From: Emiliania huxleyi CCMP1516
Lineage: Eukaryota
NCBI RefSeq assembly: GCF_000372725.1
Contig: NW_005202427.1
Span: forward strand, 1,152,459 to 1,216,458
Reading direction: 5' to 3'
Length of the DNA stretch: 64,000 nucleotides
In this document: piece by piece, positions 36,283 through 49,405 of the stretch
Layout of the letters: each line of letters opens with the position of its first letter
Position numbering within the stretch: position 1 is the stretch's first letter
Notes under the pieces: model-generated
Databases searched by the model: none
What the model saw: the letters and a program-made list of their open reading frames with translations, nothing else
What the model was told of the DNA's origin: nothing
Position numbers and translations under genes: made by a program

Positions 36283-36552
36283 ACACCTCGACACCTTAGA
36301 CGCAAAACCCCTTGACAACACTCGACACCTGCTCGACACCCTCGACACCCTCGACACCCTCGACACCCTCGACACCCCTCGACACCCCTCGACACGGTCA
36401 AGCATGGTTTCAGCCTCGACAGGCCTCAACAGGCCTCGACAGGCCTCGACAGGCCTCGACAGGCCTCGACAGGCCTCGACACCTCTATCCCTCGACAGCA
36501 GCTCGACAGCAGCTCGACACCCTCGACACCGGGCCTCGACACCTCGACACCA
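36283..36552. repeat. CTCGACAC / CTCGACAGGC 9-10-bp satellite
   Basis: Visible array. Confidence 0.9.
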
Positions 36553-36947
36553 GGGCTCAGGGCGCAGTTCAGAGCTGTCGATGGCGCGATGCCGCACTGG
36601 TCCCACATCGGTGACACGAGACCACCACGTTTGCCGGTCCAAGAGAGAGGCACCGGCGCTGTCCTGAGAAGGTGCATGGTCCCTCTTGACTGCCCATGCG
36701 CGCGAGGCTGTGTAGGCATAGCCTCGATAGTGCCAGCAGCCAATCCGAGGCAGTTTGTGACGCGCATTGCGTCAGAAGCGTGCACGCGCTGGAAGGACAC
36801 CTTCCTACTGGCCGTACGATCAGGTCGTCACTGAATGCCGAAGACTAAGGCCGCGAGCTATGCAGGCGGTCAGTTGAGCAGCATGGCACGGTCAGCAGCG
36901 CCGAAAGGATGTCGCAAGGCGTGATAGCATGGCCGCAAGAGTACGCC

Positions 36948-37060
36948 GAATTCCCATGAAACAAGTAAAAAATCGCGCGAAAAAGAAAAAATGTCAAAAA
37001 AATCGGCGCCTGCGGCGGGCTGGGGGACACCCCATCTCCCCCCCGCATGGGTACCCCCTA
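36948..37060 (+). mobile_element. Dispersed repeat, probable DNA-transposon/MITE end (copy 1)
   Basis: GAATTCCC.TGAAACAAGTAAAAAATCGCG...AATCGGCGCCTGCGGCGGGC...CCCCATCTCCCCCCCGCATGG shared with 44603-44712. Confidence 0.6.
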
Positions 37061-37497
37061 GGGCCCTCGCCTCCCCCCAGAGCGCAGAGGAGGGGAGGAC
37101 TGCTGACGCGTGACGGGGGTTGCATTTTGGGTTTTGCCCGTCAGAGATACACATACAGCATACACGATACAGACAGGAGGAGGAGCGCCGGCCTCAAGCT
37201 CAACGCGGGGTCTCGGCTCTGTCGAGCTCCATGCAGCATGCTAGCTCCAGCCGCAGCCGCCCCACCCGGCCGCCCGAGGGTGTGTTCCCGCAGGCAGAGA
37301 AGAGACTAATCCTGGGGGAAGCAACCTGCTGAAAAAAGTAATACCTGGGCGCTGCCACACAGATGCGCGCCCCACACCAGGACTGCGGGCTAAGCGCGGG
37401 CAAGGTTAATGCCAGGGGCGGATATATGCATTTCGCGGGGCTCTCCCCGTGCCGTCTAAGCGACTCGCGCGGTCCCCAACCTCGGCCCCGGCGCCTG

Positions 37498-39710
37498 CTA
37501 CTCGTCCGGCTCGTGTGGCCCCACAGCGCAGCCAGGGACCGCGAGGAAGTCGTCAAAGTCCCACCTGCGGCGCCGCCCCGAGAGAGGGTCCGAGCGCGGG
37601 CGCGGCGGCGGCCTGGCGGGCGGGGCGCGCGCTTTTTGACGCCGCAGCACTGCCACTGCTTGGACCCCTCGTGGAAGAGCGGCGGCTTGAGGTGGTACCT
37701 GTGGAGAGGGGGGGGGCGGGGGGCGCGCGAGATGGGGACGGGTTTAGCGCGTGCGCCGTAGCAGTCGTTGCGGGGCGGGGCGGGGGCGTGCCTGCAAGCC
37801 GTGCTGTGGTTCTCTGCCACGGAGTACTCTGCGTTGCACCCGGGGTGCCTGCGCGGCGCGGGGGCAGCCTCCCGGGTCAGGCGGGCGGCGCCTCCCGCCA
37901 AGGCAGAGGCGAAAAGGCACCGGCAGCGTGCGCGGCCCTCGGGCAGCGGCGGCCGCTTCCTGTGGGGGCGAGGCGTCGGCGGCGGTGAGGCCGTGGCGCC
38001 GCGGCGGGGGAGAGAGCGCCGCGCCGGCGCTGCCTCGGCGGCGGCGCGGCGGGCGGCGCGGCGGCGGCGCCGTGGTCTGGCGGGGGAGCGTTGCCGGCCG
38101 CGTCGGGCTTGGGGGCCTGGTAGAACTTCTTCGCGCCTGTGGAGGGGACAGAGGGTGGGGGGGCGTTGAAAGGAGGCCTCCGGAGCGCGGTCGGCGGCGG
38201 AGGATTGGCGCGGGTGCAGGTACCCTCGAGGTGGGCTGCGTGCACGCGCGCTGTAGCCTGGCGCGGGGAGGTGCGTGGCACGTGTCAGCTGGCTGCGGCT
38301 AGCGGGGGGGGGGGGGNNNNNNNNNNNNNNNNNNNNNNNNNNNNNNNNNNNNNNNNNNNNNNNNNNNNNNNNNNNNNNNNNNNNNNNNNNNNNNNNNNNN
38401 NNNNNNNNNNNNNNNNNNNNNNNNNNNNNNNNNNNNNNNNNNNNNNNNNNNNNNNNNNNNNNNNNNNNNNNNNNNNNNNNNNNNNNNNGAGGGGCGCCTT
38501 GATGTAGGGGCAGCAGGTCCACCACTAGCGCGTGTCGTGGAACATGGGAAGGAGGCGGTGGTGTCGGCAGGCGTCCTGGCGGTGGGGGGCGAGGATGGGG
38601 CGTCGGGACGGCGCTTTGAGAGGGAGGGAGAGGGGGAGGCAGAGGGAGGGAGAAGGAGAGGGAGGCAGAGGGAGGGAGAAGGAGAGGGAGGGAGAGAGAG
38701 AGGGAGAGAGGGAGAGGGAGAGGGAGAGAGAGCGAGCGAGCGAGAGAGAGAGCGAGAGAGCGAGCGAGCGAACGAGGGGGAAGAGGCTCCAGGTAGGCGC
38801 GGGGAGGCGTGTGCTGGGGAGGCGTGGTGCTGGGGAGGCGTCTGCACGGCTGGCTCCTCATGGTTGGTTCCAGGGTCGTACTCGACCTGGCAGCCGTACC
38901 TGCGGGGCCAGGCTTGGGTGGGTCAGGGCTCGGCCAGGCTGGGTGCCGCCGCCTCGCCGTCCGCCGCACCGCTCGGCCGCACGATCTCGGCTGATCTCAG
39001 CTGATCTCGGGCTGATCTCGGCTGATCTCGGACTGATCTCGGCTGCATCTCGGGCTGATCTCGGGCTGATCTCGGCTGCATCTCGGGCTGATCTCGGCTG
39101 CATCTCGGGCTGATCTCGGGCTGATCTCGCACCGCTTGCAGCGCGGCCTGGCCGAGGCGCTGGCCCCGGGCGCCGCCGCCGCGCTGTGCGGGACGAGCCG
39201 CACCTCGCACCGGTCGGAGAGGGCCTGCCGACAGTGGCCCGCCGGAGAGGGCGTGAGGCGACCGCTCTAACGCCGCGAGCCGGACGGGGCTGGGAGGCGT
39301 CTCGGAGGCGCCTTGGCAGGGACGTCGACCGTGCGCAGCGTGCGCACGTCCGAGTGCGTGAAGGGCGAGTCGTCCCGCACCTACGAGGGCGCGATCGACG
39401 CGTCTGGCGGCCGGACGGCGGCGGGATGCGCGCGTGCGGTCGGGGACTTGGAGCGCAAAGCTGTCTCCGTCGAGCGGTGCGTCGGCAAACTTTTTGTTGT
39501 ACGCAGCGACGAAGGCGGCCTTGACCTGCGTCGGCCGGCGCGGCGCAGGCTGAGTGCGGCCTGGCCGGAGGCTCGCCGCGAGTGGCGGCCGGGGCGAGAG
39601 GCCGCCTTGTCGACAGAGAGCTCGAGCCACTTTGCGGGCAGCGTGATGGCGAGCTTGTGGTGCGCCGAGGCGGGCGCGCTGGCGTGGTCGTAGATGACAA
39701 AGATCTTCAT
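37498..39710 (-). CDS. Protein with ubiquitin-like N-terminus and two CHORD zinc-binding domains, multi-exon
   Basis: RCKR/YGCQVEYD..TNH, ACRHH...PMFHD...WWTCC, HPGCNAEYSVAENHSTACRYH..PPLFHEGSKQWQCC...WDFDDFLAVPGCAVGPH. Spans an N-gap. Confidence 0.8.
38985..39129. repeat. Intronic (GCTGATCTCGG)n repeat
   Basis: Visible 11-12-bp units. Confidence 0.9.
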
Positions 39711-40023
39711 CGCACGGCGTTGAAAGGTGGACGGAGGCGAGGCGACAGGTGGGCGGAGAAAAGTGGGACGCGAGGTGGTGAGTGGAGCGGTCCACCAGTG
39801 AACGAGAAAAACCTCGACTCTTTGGGTGTCTGTTTTCTTTCTTTTGTGCCGGTGTCCCAGTCTGTGTGTGGTGTAACGAGAAAAACGAGAACGGCGTGAC
39901 GGTCAGCGCTGACTTCTAGCGTCCACCCGTACCGTTCCGTGTCCCTGTAAGGCGCAAAAGATTTGCTCGTAGCACAGGGTAAAATAAGGCGCAAAAGATT
40001 TGCTCGTAGCACAGGGTAAAATG

Positions 40024-40105
40024 TGTCGAGGACGGGGTTCGAACCCGCGCCCATTTCTGGAACGGCGCCTAAAGCCGCCGCCTTAGACCACTCGGCCACC
40101 TCGAC
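40024..40105 (-). tRNA. trnL-UAG: tRNA-Leu, anticodon UAG
   Basis: GTCGAGG acceptor stem pairs with CCTCGAC+A; D-loop TGGCCGAGTGGTCTAAGG; anticodon loop TT-TAG-GC; long variable arm; GGTTCGAACCC; T4 run downstream. Confidence 0.96.
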
Positions 40106-40217
40106 TTTCGGGTTCGAACCCGGGCCCAACCTCACCCCGAACGGGTGAGTGCTCATGCAGGGCTTGTTGCAAAACGTACGCGATCGGACCAATTGCTTAT
40201 AAAGCTCTGGAAAAACG

Positions 40218-40538
<321 letters not shown>

Positions 40539-40572
40539 AATAAAGAAAAAAACACTCCTGCAGCGGCGGTCC

Positions 40573-43500
40573 ATGGGGCCCCCCTTTCACGATGGTGGCG
40601 CAGACTCTGGCCACGTCACCAGCATCAAGGAAGGGTTTGGCTTCATCCGACCCCTCAACGACCGGCGGACGGGCGGCGGAGGTCTCTTCTTCCACTTCAG
40701 CGCTCTCGTCGGCCGTGACGTCCCAGTCGAGGGCGACGAGGTCTCCTTCTCGGTCGAGCTCGACCGCCGCTCAGGGCGCGAGGCAGCCAAGGCGGTGACC
40801 ATCTTGCCGCGCGGGACGCTGCCTGCGCCCGCGAGGGCCGTCACCGTCCGCGCCGTCGTGCAGAGAGAGTTGCGCGGCGCTCGTGGCGGTGACGGCTACG
40901 GCGGCCGTCTCGCCGTCCTCAAGGGCGACGGGCCTCCCGCCGAGGGTGACGCCGCTGCTGGGGATGGCGGCCAGGACGATGACGAGCAGACAGAGGTGGT
41001 GTCCTTTGACGCCCGCGGCTGCGAGAGGCCCAGCGCTCTCCACGTCGGCGATCTGGTCGAGTGCCGCTTGATGAGCGTGGCGGGCTCGCGCCAGCGCGCG
41101 GCGTCGCGCGTGAAGCTCATCGAGGCAGGCGGCGGGCTGCCGCGCCAGAGCGGGCGGGTGGCCTCGCTCAAGGACAAGTTCGGCTTCCTCCGCACGGCCG
41201 GCAAGGCTGCCGACCTCTTCTTCCACCTGTCCGAGGCGCCGCGCGACACTTCTCTAGACACTTCCTAGACACTTCCTAGACACTTCTTCCACCTGTCCGA
41301 GGCGCCGCGCGAGGGCGGCCCGCGCCGCGTGGGGGGCGACACTTCCTAGACACTTCGCGGACACTTCCCTGTAGGCGCCGCGCGAGGGCGGCCCGCTCCG
41401 CGTGGGGGACGACGTGTCCTTCTGCGTCGTGCTCGACCCGCGCTCGCGCAAGGACGCGGCGACGAAGCTGCGCCGGCTGCCCGCCGGCTCCGTCGCGCTC
41501 GAGCAGCTCGGAGAGGCTCGGCTGCGCGGCGTGGTGACGCGCTGCCTCGCCGGCAGCGCGAGCCTGCACCGGCTGCTCTCGCGCGCGGAGAAGGGGGCGC
41601 ACGGGGGGATGATCCGGCTCGAGGGCGGGGCGGCCGGGCGCGGGGAGGGCGCGGCCGAGGAGGCTGCGGCCGAGGATGCTGCGGCCGAGGAGGGCGCCGC
41701 CGAGGGAGGGGCGGGGAAGCTCAGCTTTGGGCTGGACGACGTCTGCGGCGAGTCGCGCGCGGCGGGCCTGTACGAGGGTGACGAGGTGAGCTTCAGAGAG
41801 GCGACCGACGCCGCCACGGGCGCGGTGGGCGCTGCCGACGTGCGGCTCGAGGCGCAGAAGGTGAACCGCGGCTTCGTGCTCTCGCTGCGCGACGGGCACG
41901 GCCTGCTGCGCGGCGAGGCGGGCGGCGCCCCGCTGAGCTTCGCCGCGTCGTCGCTGCCTGGGGTGAGGCCGCGCGACGAGGTGTGGAGCACTAGTACCGG
42001 CGGTAGGAGGCACCCTGAATTAATTGAGTACTTATTCATGAATGACTGCGCGACGAGGTGGAGTACCGGCGGGCGAGCGACGCAAAGACGGGCAGGCCGG
42101 CGGCCGCACAGCTCCGGAGGCTGCCTGCAGGCTCCCTCCTCCCAGCCAATGAATTAATTACTACCCGCACAGCTCAGCTCCGGCGGCTGCCTGCAGGCTC
42201 CCTCGTCCTCGAGTGGGTCTCTCCGCGCTGGTGGGAGGCCGTCGTCCGGCTCGCGCCCGCGGCGCCGCGCGGGCGCGGAGGCGGCGCCAGAGACGGCGCG
42301 GCGCAGAGCTGCGGCGCCGGCTCGGTCGAGCTCCTCGGGCCGCTGCCGCTTGCCGCTAGCGCTGCCGCCGCACCGCTTGCGCGTGCCGCCGGCGGGTCGC
42401 ACGAGCCCGCGCAGCGGTCCGAGTCGGACAAGCCCATCAACAATTAACTAATTGATTGATTAATTTAGGTCCGACTCGGACAAGCCCATCCCCCTCGAGC
42501 TCGGCCAGGCGCTCGCCCCGCCGCTCTCGCCACGCGCCGGCGAGGAAGTCGGCGCGGGCCTGGCGACCCCTTCGGCCGAGGCGCGCGCGGCGCTCGAGCG
42601 AGTCGATAGCGTGGCTGGCATGGCGGGCACCGTCCTGCCGCTGCCTCAAGCCGACGCAAAGTCGCGCGAGCAGCTGGTGCCGGGCGACATCGTCTCGCTG
42701 CTGCTGGCGGTCAGCGCGCGCGACGGCTCCGTGCGGCCCACGCGGGCGACGTACGAGCGGTGCGCGGACGGCGCGGTGGAGCGCGGCGTCGTCGTCAACG
42801 TGAAGGAGCAGTTTGGCTTCCTCAAGGCGGAGGCGCGCGCCTCGCCCGTCTTCTTCCACTTCTCGCAGCTGCCCGACGGGGTGCACCGGCTGGCAGCTGG
42901 TGCAGAGTTCGAGTTCGTCGTGACCGCCGAGGACGCGGCCGGCCGGAGGAAGGGCCGCAGCGTGGCCATCCGGCTGCGTTCGCTCGCTCCGGGCACCGTC
43001 GCCTTTGAGGATTGTCTCCTCGAGGAGGCGAAGGGGACTGTCGTCGCGGGGGCCGAGGCGGGGGGCGAGGCGGGGGGCGAGGCGGGGGCCGGGGCGGGGG
43101 GCGAGGCGGGGGCCGAGGCGGGGGCCGAGGCGGGGGCCGAGGCGGGGGGCGAGGCGGGGGGCGAGGCCGACTGCAGCCGCGAGACGATCGGCGACGACGC
43201 AGACGGAGAGGACGCCGCGAAGATCTCGGTGCTGCTGCTCGATAAGTTCGAGGGCGAGCGACTCAGGCTTCCGATCGACCGTCGGCGGCAGGAGCAGGCG
43301 CTGCGTGGCGCCGTGCCCGCTCTCGGCACGACCGTCACGTCGCGGCTCTGCCGCCGCCGGCGTGACGGCGCGCTCGTCCTGGTCGACTCGACACCGGTGC
43401 CGATCCGCGGCGTGGTCAAGGCCGTCTCAGGGGGCCAGGGCAGCATCCGCGCTACGGACGCGCTGCCCCAAGCTGCCGTCGATGCTGCCGCCGCCGCACG

Positions 43501-44050
43501 GACTGCGAACGCGGACAGCGAGGCGCCGTTGGGAAGCGACGGAGGAGGGCTGCAGTCGCTGCTTGGCAAGGGCGCGACGTGGGGGCGAGGCGCTGGGGAC
43601 GAGGCGTCGACAGCCGAGCCCGAGACGGACGCGCCAGAAGACATTGCAGCCGCTGCGGTGAGCGCAATCTACATCTCTGCAGGGCAGTCTCCGTTCGCCA
43701 ACGCGGCTCCCACCGTCAAAGGCACGACGTCGGCGCTGGCCGAGCTCGCGGCCAAGCATAGCGGCACGCCACAGCAGGTTTCTTTCTCCCTCTCGGACGT
43801 GCTCGTCGACCCCGATCGCAAGTCGGCCTCTGTGCGCGTCTCTGTCGGGGACGAGGTGTCGTTCTGCCTCTGTGCCGAGCCACAGTCGCAGCAGCTCGTC
43901 GCTCGCCGCATCTGCCAGACCAAAGCGGCCGAAGAGACGCCTCGGGAGAAGCAGCGGCAGGTCGACCCGGCCAAGATGACGCGGTTCGCGAAGGGGCCCG
44001 ATGGGACGCGCGGCTTTGCGGCCGGGCGAGGGCGCGGCAAGGTGGTTTGA
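40573..44050 (+). CDS. CSDE1: Multi-cold-shock-domain RNA-binding protein, UNR/CSDE1-like
   Basis: Repeated G.V...K..FGF(I/L)...(L/V)FFH.S and GD.VSF modules; C-terminal SUZ-C-like RFAKGPDGTRGF. Introns 41236-41374, 41981-42057, 42417-42468 and others. Confidence 0.85.
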
Positions 44051-44247
44051 GCTGGCCTCTGAGCGTATGAGCGTAATCCTACCACCTGTCACCAAGCGCG
44101 AGGGTCGCGCATGGGTTAGACAGGGCTATTTTGTTGCGAATCCTCAGCAAAACTCTTTTCTGCCGGCGGGTATGCCGGGGGTCCAGGGTGGGGAGGGTGT
44201 CGGTCCGCCCTGCGTCCCGCTGGCGCAACCACACACACACACACACC

Positions 44248-44382
44248 GCTCACCCACGCGCACTGGGCCTTGCACTTTGAATGCCGTGGGGCTCCTGTCG
44301 TCAGACGTGGAGACGCGAGGGTTGCCCCCCCTTGCCCCACCACCTCGTGTGTGTGGAGAAGTTTACCTTACCTTACCTTACC
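44248..44382 (+). mobile_element. (TTACC)n-tailed SINE-like element
   Basis: GCACTTTGAATGCCGTGGGGCTCCTG...CTTGCCCCACCAC..GTGTGTGTGGAGAAGTTTACCTTACCTTACC, homologous to 47117-47267 (-) and 48318-48471 (+). Confidence 0.8.
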
Positions 44383-44602
44383 TCCCGCGGCGGCCGCCCC
44401 GCCGGCCGCCGTTATTACGGCTCTAGCGTTACCCGGGGAACGCTCATGCCCGTCGCCGAGGTCTGGCAAGACCGAGAAATTCGATTCGACGCGCCCATCT
44501 CGCAGCTCGCGCTTCGCGCCGGAGAGGCAGCGGCGGACTCGAAAGTCGCTCGCACAAAACGCGGATAGTCAATCGGTCGCAACGTGGCAACAGGTGCCGA
44601 TC

Positions 44603-44712
44603 GAATTCCCGTGAAAACAAGTAAAAAATCGCGAAAAAAAAGAAAAAAACTCCGAAAAATCGGCGCCTGCGGCGGGCCATGGGACCCCATCTCCCCCCCG
44701 CATGGACACCCT
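44603..44712 (+). mobile_element. Dispersed repeat, probable DNA-transposon/MITE end (copy 2)
   Basis: Homologous to 36948-37060. Confidence 0.6.
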
Positions 44713-45098
44713 CTGGGGCCCCCGCGCCGGCCCAGAGGATATTGTAGAGACCGACCATATGCACAATATCTTGACTGAGAGCTAAGCCCAGTTCGACGAT
44801 CGGCAGCCTCACCGCGGGTCGCGCCGCTGTGCAGCGAGAGCCAGGCTCGCCCGGCGAAGGTGACCAGAGACTGCTCAACAAATACCAGAAAAAATCAGGG
44901 AGCCTCAGAGAGTGCCGCCACTGCCATCACCCAGGCCGCGGGAGCCGATCGGCTGCGCCGAGGACAGCTCCCTCAGTGTGCTCCGCGGCTCACCAGTGTG
45001 CGCCGCGGCGCCGTCCAGCCACTTTGGCGGCCAGCCAACGGTCGAGTTCTTCGACTCTGGAGGACAGAAAGGTACCGTCTGAGATTCACACCGGAAGC

Positions 45099-46429
45099 AT
45101 GAGAGCAAACCAGCAGCAAGCTGCTGCTGCTGCAGAGCCCACAGTCTCGACGAACACCGATCCAGCTGGCGGCAGCGGCCGCGACGACAGTGACAGCACT
45201 GTGGACCCCGCCGACAAGGCCGACTCCTTGGCGGAGAACGCAAGGGAAACGGCTGTCGAGGCCACAGTCTCAACGAACGCGTCTGATCCAGCTGGCAGCT
45301 GCGGCGGCGACGACAGTGACAGCACTGTGGGCCCCGCCGACGAGGGAGGTTGCGACAGCGAGCCGGCCTCTGCCCCGGCGCTGTGCGAGTTTGCCGACGT
45401 CGAGACCCTTGAGCTGCTCAGCGCGCGGCTGCTCAACACTATGGCGACACGGGTCGTGCAAGGTGGCCTGCAGCCCAGCGACGCAATGGCCGAGGTTCGT
45501 GGGCTGCTCTCGGAGAAGCTCTCCTCGGCCAAGAAGGGCCCGCGCGGCCTCGCGGTGCTCCACGCCCGCCTGGAGAAGCTCGAGGCGCGGCGCTCGTTCG
45601 GAGGGCGCTTCGTCTCGAACGCGGCGGACAAGGTCGCGGGCAAGGCGCGCGAACTCGAGGTACGAGGCGAGTACCGGCACGGAGGCCGCCAGCGCCTCGC
45701 GCTGCAGCTGGTGCAGCGGTACGACACGACTCGGGAGTGGCACTGCGGCTGTGACATGGAGCAGCTCGGCTCGACGGAGCGCGAGGTGCGGCGGCGGGAG
45801 AGAGCCGCGTGCGAGAGACGCGGCGGCCCCTCTGACCGCGTCGCCTCTGCCCTCCGTCGCAGCGCCACCTGACGAGCTGCGTCTTCCGGCCGGTCGGCTG
45901 CTCGCACGCTGGCTGCACTGCCCTCTTCAGCGCGCGGTACGAGGCGGCGCACGACGGCAGCTGCGAGTTCAAGGTGGTGCGGTGTGCGCTCGGCTGCAAG
46001 GAGAGCCTGCCGCGGCGCGACATGGAGGCGCACGTCGCAGGCCCCTGTGCGATGCGGCCCGCCGAGTGCCCTTTCCGAGCGCTCGGCTGCCTCGCGCCGG
46101 GGCTGGTGCAGGGCGAGGTCGCCTCGCATCTAGAGGAGGCGAGGGACGCGCACCTGCAGCTCGCCATGGCGAGGCTGCTGCAGCAGGACCAAGAGCTGAG
46201 CGAGCTGCGGCAGGCCATGACCGAGATGAGGGCGGCGGCCGAGACGACCGCCGCAACGTCGGCCAGTGCGGCGGCGAGCACCATCGCCGGGCTGCAGAAG
46301 AAGATCGCGGCGCTGGAGGCGGGCCAGGCGGCGGCCCAGGCGGCGGCCAAAAAGTCGGCGGCGCAGGCCAAGGACACGACCGCGGCGCTGGCAACCCGTT
46401 TGGCCAAGTTGGAGCGAGAGCGAGGCTGA
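45099..46429 (+). CDS. TRAF-type zinc-finger protein with C-terminal coiled coil; intron 45786-45862
   Basis: RHLTSCVFRPVGCSHAGC...HDGSCEFKVVRCALGC...RRDMEAHVAGPCAMRPAECPFRALGC...HL. The GT-AG intron restores frame. Confidence 0.85.
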
Positions 46430-47116
46430 TCATAACTACTTCACCGCATGATCAGTAACCTGGGTTTTGGGTTTAGAGACTAGAACGTGCCGCGTCCGAG
46501 CGTCGTGTCCGTTCAAGGATCTGAATATTTTGATATGTACGGAGAAACACTGGCACGGGATTTTTCAATGTTGCGATTACCTCCCGAAGGTGGATGATTT
46601 TTTCCTCGAGGGGGGGGATTTTTCCTCCCTCTAAGTATAGAGAATTTTAGAGAAAAGTGTAATCTGTAAACACTAAAAACTATTCGGCGCTCCGCCAGGT
46701 TCACAGAACGAGCGTGTGAAGGCCGTGGAATCCATGGCGCGCGTAGCTATGAAAGGGACCGCGGCCGCGGAACCGGCGGCGGACGGGGCTGGTGCGCAAG
46801 CGCCGGTCACCGGTCGCGATCTCATCCGCCGCCGCGAGCTGCACCTGCAGGCAGGCAGCGCGACTGACACATGGCTGGGCCTGCAGCGACAGCCACGACC
46901 GCGTGCGCGCGTCGACCAGCTCCCCTCTCGTCCTCGTGCTGCCGCTTGGAGAGCTTGTTCGTTGCTGCGCCCCTTGCTTGTGCTTGCTGTGAAGAAGGTA
47001 TATTTCTTCTCAATATCAAGGTCTGAGTGTGAAACCTTCCCTGGGTCTGTCCCTCACCCTCACTCACTGTCGTCCAATGGGAGGTTGCTCCTTGAGCAAG
47101 TGCTATCCTGTGAACC

Positions 47117-47267
47117 TAAGGTAAGGTAAGGTAAGGTGAACGTCTCCACACACACAAAGTGGTGGGGCAAGGGGGGCGACCCTCGCATCTCCACACCCGG
47201 ACACGGGCAGGAGCCCCACGGCATTCAAAGTGCAAGAGCACCGGCCCGGTGCCGTGCGTGGGTGAGC
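47117..47267 (-). mobile_element. (TTACC)n-tailed SINE-like element
   Basis: Reverse-complement homology to 44248-44382. Confidence 0.8.
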
Positions 47268-48238
47268 AACCTACCTGCATGCACCCACTCCCTCCCTCCC
47301 AGACACAGGACCCGCACACAACCCCCATAGCGTCGGAGGACGCCACCGTCGCCTAGACTCCCCTGCGTGCTCCCCGTCTTGTAGCCTGGCGTCGTCCCAG
47401 CGTTTCATAAAAAAAAGCATTGCGTGCGCACGTCCAGTCTTACCCCTCTCTGGGCGACATTGCAATACGTCTGCACTGCGTGCCGCGCGCAACTTATGAT
47501 CGCTGCCGATGCGCCAGCACCTCGGCTTTGCCATCATGCGTCATTGCTTGTTACTGTTTCCAGCCTTACGCTGCTGCTCTGGGTCGCAATCTCTGGCGAC
47601 AGCACCACCGCGCCTCAAAACTTGAGACCAGCGACTGCGCCGCCGACAAAGCTCTGGCTGTTCACCGACGACGCGCCAGAAGAGGCCCCAGAGGGAGACG
47701 TACAGTTTGGCATCAATTTTGACACCGCGGCGTTCAAGCAGAATCTGCTCGACACGCTTGGCCTTGGCGCGCAACATGCTTAGATAGACACCCCCACGCA
47801 CGATGCTTTCACTCTCCCGCCTCCCTGTCCGCCAGGCTGGCTCGGCGGGGGGGGCAGCGGCCACGAAACCAGCGAGGTGAACACAGACAACCCGATTTGG
47901 AGCGGAGGCTTCGACTTGGGCTGACTCTCCACAAACTTTGAACCAGTGGGCGGGCCCGGCAATGCCCTCTCGCTCGTGATGCTTTGCTGCAGGACTTGCT
48001 GCAGGTCTGCCTACTGTGGCAGCCGCAGTGGCTGCAGAGGCGCGAACTCCTGCGCGTGCGCGCATGCTACAGCTCGAGCGGTCAGAGCGGAGGATCGTCA
48101 CTCATGAGTTGAAGGGTAATCTAGTCCGTCTCTCTCTTGGTACCCCCCCTGCACACGAATAGAAAGGGGCTCTCCGCGTTGGTCTTGCAATCCTGGTACC
48201 CTTGTTTGTACCCTTGGACAGCGGTAAAGTTGTCGCAG

Positions 48239-48274
<36 letters not shown>

Positions 48275-48317
48275 CACACACACAACACACACACCCACAC
48301 ACACACCTCACTCTCAC

Positions 48318-48471
48318 ACACGCGCACTGTCTCTGGGCCTTGCACTTTTCAATGCCGTTGGGCTCCTGTCGTCTAGACGTGGAGTTGCGACAGAGTTGCG
48401 AGGGACGGTCGCCCCTCCTTTGCCCCAACAACCTTGTGGAGAAGACAAGTCTTTACCCCTTACCTTACCTT
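48318..48471 (+). mobile_element. Diverged (TTACC)n-tailed SINE-like element, preceded by (CA)n
   Basis: Homology to 44255-44382. Confidence 0.7.
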
Positions 48472-48799
48472 GTCCTTGAGGACGCAGGTCGGGAGAGGGA
48501 GATCCGGAGAACAGGCTGTGGGTGTGAGAGCAGGTACAGGTACAGGTGCACCGCGCCTGGCTTCGCGCCTGAATCGGATGCTGACGAACGAGTGTCAGGC
48601 GAGAACTAACTTTATGGCACCGGTATTGCTGTGGCTGTGAAGCTTATAACTCAAGAATATAGTTTCAGGGCTCACGCGGTCACGTATTTTCTTTATTCCT
48701 CTCGGGAGGAGGAGGGGGGGTACGGGGGGGCGGCATGGAGGGGGAGAGGAAGAGCAAGGGCGAGAGAGGGCAAGGGACCGGGCGCTGGCATACCAGGGG

Positions 48800-49110
48800 G
48801 GGCAGGGTGGTGGGCGGCGACCGCCGCATACCGTCCTACAGGTCAGCGGGGACTATCGCTACGCCAGGGCCCAGGGAAGACAAGGACGTTGACGTGCAGC
48901 TGCTGCTGTTCGAATCGTTCGGCGGGTTCGGGAGGGGGGTCCGTGAGATCCTCCGGAAGGCGGCGGACGTGCTACAGAACAAGCTGACGCGGGCCCAATA
49001 CCTCGATGAGGTGACTTGGACCACCAAGAATTGGCTGGGGCTGCAGAAGCAGCGTATCTCGGTCGTTCTTCATACACACGGCAATCGCAGAGCAGATTGT
49101 GAATGAGCTT
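48800..49110 (+). mobile_element. Fragment of an RLE-type (CRE/R2-like) non-LTR retrotransposon endonuclease region
   Basis: LLLFESFGGFG...EIL...QKQRISVVLH resembles the 'P.vfEtfG...QRlSv.l' motif of RLE-clade elements; frameshifted. Confidence 0.55.
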
Positions 49111-49405
49111 GCCTGCGGCGAGGGCGGTCGAGTGCACGGAGCTAAGTGCCTCGCCGTCCTCGCAGGAGTCGCCAGGCGGCTCCCGTTGTGTACCTGTGTT
49201 AGTGCCTGCGCCAGAGCATGCTCCCAGTTTGGATGGAACCCAGCCAGTCCCGTGCCCAGTGTCGTTCGTGCGAGGGAGCTAAACAGACAAACCAAACGAG
49301 GGATGGACGCCCACGTAGGTGAAATTCTTTATTCCGCCGCGGGGCGCCGCGAATGAACTCTCCTCTTTCTCCTTGGACGCAAACGGTTTTCTTCTTCCTG
49401 GCGGC

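Noticed and set aside
38525..38527. In-frame TAG in the first CHORD domain (FHDTR*WWTCC), suggesting recoding or a pseudogene
   Set aside because: It lies about 40 nt from a gap edge, so a base-call error (AAG) is more likely.
47420..47783. Short protein-like stretch ending GINFDTAAFKQNLLDTLGL
   Set aside because: No start or family recognised, and it sits among retroposon debris, so support is insufficient.
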